Positions 58,306-64,000 of a stretch of 64,000 bases of DNA are shown one piece after another. The stretch is from assembly GCA_037444445.1 (NCBI GenBank), contig JBBIMK010000001.1, positions 5,012 to 69,011 on the forward strand. The letters run 5' to 3'. The stretch comes from a bacterium (lineage in GTDB: Bacteria; UBP7; UBA6624; JBBIMK01). Under the pieces are notes generated by a model. That model worked only from the letters and a program-made list of their open reading frames with translations. It ran no database searches and was not told the origin of the DNA. Positions within the stretch are counted from its first letter, which is position 1. Each line of letters starts with the position of its first letter. Both the position numbers and the translations under genes were made by a program.

Positions 58306-60642
58306 TCACCTCTCTGACTTTTTCATTATAACCCTGTAAGCCACGAAAATTTGTCCGGGTGAAATGCCTCCGTCGTTGGGTGGGATACGCTGATGAGTAT
58401 ATACTTGAAATCCCGCATTGGAAAGTTTTTGATAAGCAAGTTCCAGGAGTAAGGCGTTCTGAAAGCATCCCCCGGAAAGAACAATCTTTTCATTTCCTGC
58501 TCGTTTTGCAACCGCCACCATCATATCCACCAGGGTAAGATGAAATCTTTTAGCGATTTCCAAGATATGCCTTTCGGGATTTCTCAATTTTACAATCTCC
58601 TCCATCATCGGACCCCAATCTATCAGGATGGGGTTTTCACCCCTGAGTTCAAATGAGAAACCATCCGCGAAGTGATGAGAAGCCTGAAATTCCACAGCCA
58701 TGGCGGCCTGCGCTTCAAAACTGACCGTTTGGAAGAGTTCCAGAAGTGAGGCAAGAACATCAAAAAGCCTGCCCGCACTACTGGTAAGGGGGCAATTCAC
58801 GCCCTTGTGAAGCATTTGCCGAATGACCCGAAGTTCCTGATGAGAAAAAGCACGAAGAGCAGGAGTATTCATATCAAAGGCTTTCTCACCGAAAAGTTCA
58901 TAAAGAAGCCCCAGGGCAACTCTACGGGGTTCATGAATTGCCATATCCCCACCGGGCAAGGGAAAAGTGCGTAAATGGGCAAATCTTCGGAAACCTGAAG
59001 GTGAACCAATAAGAAATTCCCCTCCCCATATAGTTCCATCCGTTCCATATCCTGTCCCGTCCCAGCAAATTCCCAGCGCTTCCCCATCCAATTCATTCTC
59101 CGCCATACAGGAAGCGATGTGAGCATGATGATGTTGAACATAAATAAGGGGCAAACCATTTTTATGGGTCCATTCTTCAGCCCACTGGGTTGAGAGGTAA
59201 TCGGGATGCAGGTCGCAGGCAACTCCCACTAAACAAGGCTGAACTTCGTACAGCGCCAGGAAATCCTGAATCGTTTTTTCGAAGGTTTTCAGAGATTCCA
59301 GGGTTTCCAGGTCGCCGAGATGCTGGCTGATGAAAACATTTTTCCTCACGCTAATGGCAATTGTATTTTTCAAGTGTCCACCCACTGCAAGAATGGAAGG
59401 TAAATTTTCTTTCAGGTGAATTGGAAAAGGGGCGTATCCTCTTGCGCGTCTCAAAACCATCTCTTTGCCCAGAATTATCCGAATGATGGAATCATCAGCA
59501 TGTCTCACGATAGGGCGGTTGTGGACGAGAAAAAGGTCGCATATTTTTCCAAGCCGTTTTAGAGATTCCTGTTCATCGGTACAGATGGGTTCATCCGTGA
59601 GATTCCCACTCGTGGCAATGACAGGACGCTTCACTTCACTCATAAACAGGTGGTGCATAGGGGTATAAGGGAGCATCACCCCCAGATAAGGATTGCCAGG
59701 AGCAATGTCATCAGGCAGGTCAGATTCCGGTTTTCTGGGGAGGAGGACGATGGGGTGTTCCGGAGATAACAGGGCTCGCTCTGCAAGTGGGGAAACCTGG
59801 CAATGCTTTTTAATGGTCAACAGGTCAGGAAACATCAGGGCAAAGGGCTTATCTTTGCGTGGTTTCCGGAGGCGAAGGGACCGGATTGCCTGTGGATTAT
59901 AAGCATCTACCACAATCAGGAAACCTCCAAGCCCTTTGAAAGCCAGGATTTTCCCATCCAGTACAGCCTGAGCAGCCTGTTTCATCGCCTCATCATACTC
60001 CGCAAGGACTGAAGGCATTACACCCGTATTGCCTATCAGGGCATCCTCCGTCCGGCACCCGACGACCCACAATTGAAGGTGGGGACCACAAACCGGGCAA
60101 GCAATGGGTTGCGCATGGAACCTTCGGTCGTTAGGGTCACGATATTCCCGAGCACAGTCCGGGCACATAGGGAAAATCTTCATAGAAGTATTGGGGCGGT
60201 CATAAGGGAGGGACTCTACAATGGTAAACCTTGGCCCGCAATTCGTGCAATTGGTAAATGGGTAGCGGTATCGACGGTCAGCTGGATTCCACACTTCAGT
60301 CACACACTCATCGCAGGTAGCCACATCCGGAAGCACCAGGACAGTTTTCTCGCTTTCTTTCTCGCTCTCACGGATTTCAAAGGTGGTGTAGCCCACCGGG
60401 TCTAAAAAGGAAAATTCCAGCGACTGAATCCGTGCAAGGGGAGGTTTCTCCTTCTCTATCCGCAGAACAAAAGCATCCAGGATTTCTTTTTCTGCTTCTG
60501 CCTCAATAAACACGCCTTGCGACGAATTGAGCACCCAGCCTTTCAGCCCTAATTCAGTAGCCAGGCGGTAGACAAATGGGCGAAAACCCACTCCTTGAAC
60601 TGCCCCCCGAATCGTTGCCCTCAAACGCTGAGCCCTGTTCAT
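58306..60642 (-). CDS. hypF: Carbamoyltransferase HypF
   Basis: N-terminal acylphosphatase (VQGVGFR), Zn-finger CxxC pairs, YrdC and Kae1-like domains. Confidence 0.9.
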   Translation of the reverse strand: MNRAQRLRATIRGAVQGVGFRPFVYRLATELGLKGWVLNSSQGVFIEAEAEKEILDAFVLRIEKEKPPLARIQSLEFSFLDPVGYTTFEIRESEKESEKTVLVLPDVATCDECVTEVWNPADRRYRYPFTNCTNCGPRFTIVESLPYDRPNTSMKIFPMCPDCAREYRDPNDRRFHAQPIACPVCGPHLQLWVVGCRTEDALIGNTGVMPSVLAEYDEAMKQAAQAVLDGKILAFKGLGGFLIVVDAYNPQAIRSLRLRKPRKDKPFALMFPDLLTIKKHCQVSPLAERALLSPEHPIVLLPRKPESDLPDDIAPGNPYLGVMLPYTPMHHLFMSEVKRPVIATSGNLTDEPICTDEQESLKRLGKICDLFLVHNRPIVRHADDSIIRIILGKEMVLRRARGYAPFPIHLKENLPSILAVGGHLKNTIAISVRKNVFISQHLGDLETLESLKTFEKTIQDFLALYEVQPCLVGVACDLHPDYLSTQWAEEWTHKNGLPLIYVQHHHAHIASCMAENELDGEALGICWDGTGYGTDGTIWGGEFLIGSPSGFRRFAHLRTFPLPGGDMAIHEPRRVALGLLYELFGEKAFDMNTPALRAFSHQELRVIRQMLHKGVNCPLTSSAGRLFDVLASLLELFQTVSFEAQAAMAVEFQASHHFADGFSFELRGENPILIDWGPMMEEIVKLRNPERHILEIAKRFHLTLVDMMVAVAKRAGNEKIVLSGGCFQNALLLELAYQKLSNAGFQVYTHQRIPPNDGGISPGQIFVAYRVIMKKSER

Positions 60643-60658
60643 ATATCTTCACTATACT

Positions 60659-61006
60659 TCATTTCTCCATCTGGTAAGATTCAAGAACCAATCCCATGGG
60701 CTCAAGAGGCACAAGTTCCAGAGATTCACATTTTGGGCAGATATTCGGAAGTTCCTCCACTTCAAGCTCATAACCGCAGTTCTGACACTTCACCATACCA
60801 GGTAAAATTTCAAGGTCAAGAACCGCATTTTGAATTAAGGGATATTCCTTCTTGACCATTTCAAAGCTGAATTCCACATCATCAGAATCAAAGCCAGAAA
60901 GAGAACTCATCTTTAATTTCACCTTTGAAACGGAAAAGGCTTCCTTTTCTTTTGCTGTTTTCACCAGAACTTCCATCATTTCCCGAACGATACTGAGTTC
61001 GTGCAT
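60659..61006 (-). CDS. hypA: Hydrogenase nickel incorporation protein HypA
   Basis: MHELSI...CQNCG...CPKC. Confidence 0.8.
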   Translation of the reverse strand: MHELSIVREMMEVLVKTAKEKEAFSVSKVKLKMSSLSGFDSDDVEFSFEMVKKEYPLIQNAVLDLEILPGMVKCQNCGYELEVEELPNICPKCESLELVPLEPMGLVLESYQMEK

Positions 61007-61018
61007 TTCTGATATTCG

Positions 61019-61636
61019 CTAAATTCCTAATAGGCGTATCACAATTCCGGTGAGAGCAATAGCGCCTCCTGCTATCACATCAGAGCCACGCTCCAGCCAG
61101 TGGACGCGCAATGAAGATATGCCCAGGTATGCGAAGTGAACCTGAACGAGCATCATCGCCACCGTAGCAAAAGCGAAAACGAGGAATACGAAGAGCACCG
61201 CCATTCCACCTGAGGCATAAGCGGCAAAAACAAGGGGAATGAGCGGCTCGCAGGGACCGAATATTATGAGGGCAAAAAGGGTCCAGTATGAAACAACTTT
61301 TGCCGGCTCTACCACCGGTAAATGCTTTTTCTTCAGGTTTTTCCATCCCCAAACCATATAGGCAATACCGAAGCCGATGAGGAGTAAGGAAGCCACATTC
61401 CCTCGTGCAGATTCCCATAAGTTTACTTGCTCCAAAGCGACACCCAGTAATATTCCCACACTGCTAATGAGAAGGCTGGACCCCACATGACCTATACCTG
61501 CCAGGATTGTTATGGTCGTGAGCCTTCGCAAACTCCAGTTCTGTGCCTTTCCCAGCATCACAAATGGAAGCCAATGGTCAGGCGCAAGAGCATGTAACGC
61601 TCCCACCACCCCCGTGGAAATCATTAAAATATTCAT
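61019..61636 (-). CDS. Putative nickel/cobalt transporter (HupE/UreJ- or NicO-like; HxxxDH motif)
   Basis: 6-TM, 205 aa; N-terminal HALAPDHW; sits inside the hydrogenase operon. Confidence 0.4.
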   Translation of the reverse strand: MNILMISTGVVGALHALAPDHWLPFVMLGKAQNWSLRRLTTITILAGIGHVGSSLLISSVGILLGVALEQVNLWESARGNVASLLLIGFGIAYMVWGWKNLKKKHLPVVEPAKVVSYWTLFALIIFGPCEPLIPLVFAAYASGGMAVLFVFLVFAFATVAMMLVQVHFAYLGISSLRVHWLERGSDVIAGGAIALTGIVIRLLGI

Positions 61637-62148
61637 TTCAACTCCCGACCCCTCTCTGAAATTTTCATCAAGTATTGTATCACTCTAAAAACCAGGCCGG
61701 GAATCGTTTCATTTACCTCTGGAGACAATTGGGTGCCCACAGTAAAAGGGTCTTTCACCTCTACTGCAAAAATTTTGAGCCTCCTGGGCATAGGCAATCC
61801 CGTGGCATGTCCTAAAGCCCATACCTCTGAAATGCCCAGGTAATGCGGGGAAAGACCTTTAACCACTTTCAAATCTTCTTCTCCCAACTCATGCAACGAG
61901 CCGGGTGGAACCTTGCCTGTTTGTAGAGAATCCACGAGCACCAACTCATCATAACCGGTAATGTAATCCAGCAGTGCCAGCCCCATCTCCTCACTTTCCA
62001 TAATGTCCACTAATGTTTCCTTTTGTGATGAAACAGGCTCATCTGGCATATTTTTCATCTGTTCCTGAACCTGACGAACGACCCGAAGCCCCACCGCATC
62101 ATCGCTCCGCAGTTCATTCCCTAATCCGAGAAGAAGAACTTTCTTCAT
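61633..62148 (-). CDS. Hydrogenase maturation protease (HyaD/HybD family)
   Basis: LGLGNELRSDDAVG. Confidence 0.8.
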   Translation of the reverse strand: MKKVLLLGLGNELRSDDAVGLRVVRQVQEQMKNMPDEPVSSQKETLVDIMESEEMGLALLDYITGYDELVLVDSLQTGKVPPGSLHELGEEDLKVVKGLSPHYLGISEVWALGHATGLPMPRRLKIFAVEVKDPFTVGTQLSPEVNETIPGLVFRVIQYLMKISERGRELK

Positions 62149-62232
62149 ACACTCAAATAGAAATCCTTACGCTTTTCAATGGGAGGATTTTCACGGTATT
62201 CATTAACCGATTCATCAATATACTTTCCATCC

Positions 62233-63759
62233 TCATTCTTGTTTTAACTCCTGAAGGATTTTACCTGAATCGTCACGGATGGTGACGAGGAGAGGCATAT
62301 GCCCCGGGAGGGAATGGGTAGCGCAGGCGTGGCAGGGGTCATAGGCGCGAAACGCCATCTCTATTTTATTCAGAAGCCCTTCCGAAACCTCGCCTTTGTG
62401 AATCAGCCCCTTCGCTGCCTTTTCCACGCTCATCGCAATCCGGGCGGAATTATTCTGAGTGGCAACAATGAGGTTCACTTTCCGAAGAATTCCATTTTCA
62501 TCAGTCTCGTAATGGTGAATCAGGGTTCCGCGAGGGGCTTCTACCACTCCGATGCCTATCTCTGGAGTCTCGGTCGGTATAACTCGCAGTTCTTTGCTGG
62601 TAATATCCGGTTCGTTAATCAGTTCGTTCATCCGCTCGGCGGCATACACCATTTCCACCACACGAGCCCAATGGGTGGCAAGGGTGTGATGCACCGGCTT
62701 TCCACCGAGAACCGAATAAAACTCGTCGTGGGCTGTTTGGGCTTGTGGTGTGGCCATTCCATCGGAAGCATTCAATCTTGCAAGGGGAGCCACAGCATAA
62801 ATCCCGCTCTCTATCCCGTCTGTGAAACCATTCCATCCTACCGGCTTGAGGTAGCAGAATTTCACATAACTCCAGGGTTCCACATGCTCCGCCACATAAT
62901 CCAGGTATTTTTGAACCGGGAATCTGGCATATTCTTTCCCCTCTGGCGTTACCACCCGGATCAACCCGTCGTAGAAATTCACCCGGTTATTTGCGTCCAC
63001 CAGCCCCATGTAATAAGTTTTATGAGTATAAGTATCCGATGTGATAAGTTTCACATAATCAGGGTTTTTCAGGACGATATCGCGGAAAACCTGAAGAGTG
63101 AAGAGGGCAAAATCCAGGCCATCCTTTGCCAATTGCTGAAAAGCAGGGAGGTCGGCGACAGCAATGCCCTTGGCTACACCACCGGGCAGTCCGAGAACAG
63201 GATGAATGACTTTCCCGCCCAGATAAGACAAAAATTCCCGAAGTCGCCGGCGCATCGTGATAACTTTTTTCCCGACCTCTACTCCCACCTTTTGTATCAC
63301 TCCCACCACATTGCGGATTTCAGCAGGAGCGTCAGGTCCAACGATAAAATCAGGACCTCCGAGGATATACACATGTAGCGCATGGTCTTCCAGCATAAAT
63401 GTGTTATACATTAATTCTCGGATTTTCTTTGCGGCAGGAGGAGGGTCCACTTTATACAGGTCATCCAGAGCCTTTGTAGAGGCTATATGATGGGCAGTTG
63501 GGCAAACGCCGCAAATCCGGCTGGTAATCTGCGGCATATCTTCCGCTGGCCTTCCCAGACAAAACACCTCAAATCCGCGAAGTTCCGGAACCTGAAAATA
63601 TGCACGTTCTACCTCGCCTTTGTCGTCCAGGAAGATGTCTATCTTTCCGTGACCTTCCAACCGGGTGATGGGGTCTACGGTGACTCTCCTCTTTTCCATA
63701 TAAGCCTCATTTGCTCTCCTTTGTGCTTCACTCCAAACTTTTTGAATCTCTTCTTTCAT
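62233..63759 (-). CDS. [NiFe]-hydrogenase large subunit
   Basis: L1 motif RICGVCPTAHH; L2 motif DPCHACATH followed by a 28-aa C-terminal tail (protease substrate). Confidence 0.85.
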   Translation of the reverse strand: MKEEIQKVWSEAQRRANEAYMEKRRVTVDPITRLEGHGKIDIFLDDKGEVERAYFQVPELRGFEVFCLGRPAEDMPQITSRICGVCPTAHHIASTKALDDLYKVDPPPAAKKIRELMYNTFMLEDHALHVYILGGPDFIVGPDAPAEIRNVVGVIQKVGVEVGKKVITMRRRLREFLSYLGGKVIHPVLGLPGGVAKGIAVADLPAFQQLAKDGLDFALFTLQVFRDIVLKNPDYVKLITSDTYTHKTYYMGLVDANNRVNFYDGLIRVVTPEGKEYARFPVQKYLDYVAEHVEPWSYVKFCYLKPVGWNGFTDGIESGIYAVAPLARLNASDGMATPQAQTAHDEFYSVLGGKPVHHTLATHWARVVEMVYAAERMNELINEPDITSKELRVIPTETPEIGIGVVEAPRGTLIHHYETDENGILRKVNLIVATQNNSARIAMSVEKAAKGLIHKGEVSEGLLNKIEMAFRAYDPCHACATHSLPGHMPLLVTIRDDSGKILQELKQE

Positions 63760-63776
63760 AATCCATGACCTCCTTT

Positions 63777-64000
63777 TTATTCTTTGGTTACGACCTTCCT
63801 TCGGAGTAGGGACCTGGCTAACCCATACCGATAAAAAGTGCCCACCGGGTCAGGGATGTTAGAAAGAATCCTGTCAATCTCTGCCTCGTCCTTAGCATTC
63901 ACAGAAGACGCCAGTGATGATAGAATCTTTGCCCCCTGGTCTTTGACGCGGGAAGTGGGGCCGAAGCATCCAGTGCAGGGCATATTGCCCTTGATGCACA
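63777..64000 (-). CDS. [NiFe]-hydrogenase small subunit, C-terminal part (gene starts beyond the window)
   Basis: Cys-rich distal cluster region CTGCFGP; located immediately upstream of the large subunit. Confidence 0.5.
   Translation of the reverse strand, partial: CIKGNMPCTGCFGPTSRVKDQGAKILSSLASSVNAKDEAEIDRILSNIPDPVGTFYRYGLARSLLRRKVVTKE

Noticed and set aside
1-64000. tRNA/rRNA genes, transposases, integrases, prophage hallmarks
   Set aside because: No GGTTCGAATCC-type T-arm motifs or rRNA-like stretches were seen by eye, and no DDE/tyrosine-recombinase-like translations in the ORF track. This cannot be fully excluded without tRNAscan/Infernal.

Overview
The window carries about 60 densely packed, mostly housekeeping genes from what looks like a thermophile-style bacterial chromosome (purine-rich coding strands, many 4-nt gene overlaps, frequent GTG/TTG starts). 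The left 3.3 kb is the edge of an apparent type III-A (Csm) CRISPR-Cas locus and is the most unusual part of the window.

Left edge, all on the minus strand in transcription order:
- a four-helix-bundle (bAvd / 23S-IVS-like) protein gene;
- a TruD-family tRNA pseudouridine synthase gene whose stop overlaps the TTG start of a Cas6-like endoribonuclease gene;
- a 127-bp spacer-like region that consists almost entirely of two perfect 37-bp direct repeats separated by 38 bp, each carrying a perfect extended -10 (TGATATAAT) on the minus strand;
- a solo MNT-type nucleotidyltransferase gene with no room for a HEPN partner;
- the N-terminal HD domain of a Cas10/Csm1-like gene that runs off the window.

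The rest of the window, left to right:
- YjbQ, a FadD-like acyl-CoA ligase, glycosyltransferases, AsnB, an ADP-forming acyl-CoA synthetase and a solo AmmeMemoRadiSam-type radical SAM gene;
- a molybdenum cofactor operon (mobA, moaA, moaD, moaC-mogA);
- an MqnD-like gene;
- an unusual protein combining a sigma-70 region-4 HTH with three or four HARE-HTH winged-helix domains;
- an MBL-fold hydrolase, mdh, xseAB and an ABC-2-like pair with a degenerate ATPase;
- a glycoside hydrolase, rpmE, prfA, an RluA-family pseudouridine synthase, an MsbA-like ABC exporter, kdsB and dinB;
- a GT-C membrane protein, a crotonase, a GT2, and an orphan E1 alpha/beta dehydrogenase pair;
- the late futalosine menaquinone genes (UbiA/MqnP, UbiX/MqnL, UbiD/MqnM, two MqnC/E radical SAM enzymes, MqnA-like) with korAB inserted between them;
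- VOC, HAD, lpxB, rsmG, a GAF-HD-GYP protein and a livKHMGF-type ABC importer;
- a NiFe-hydrogenase operon (small subunit cut by the window edge, large subunit, maturation protease, HupE-like transporter, hypA, hypF, hypC, hypD, hypE; hypB is not in the window).

No tRNA or rRNA genes, transposases or integrases were recognised. All calls rest on motifs read from the supplied translations; no database search was possible.
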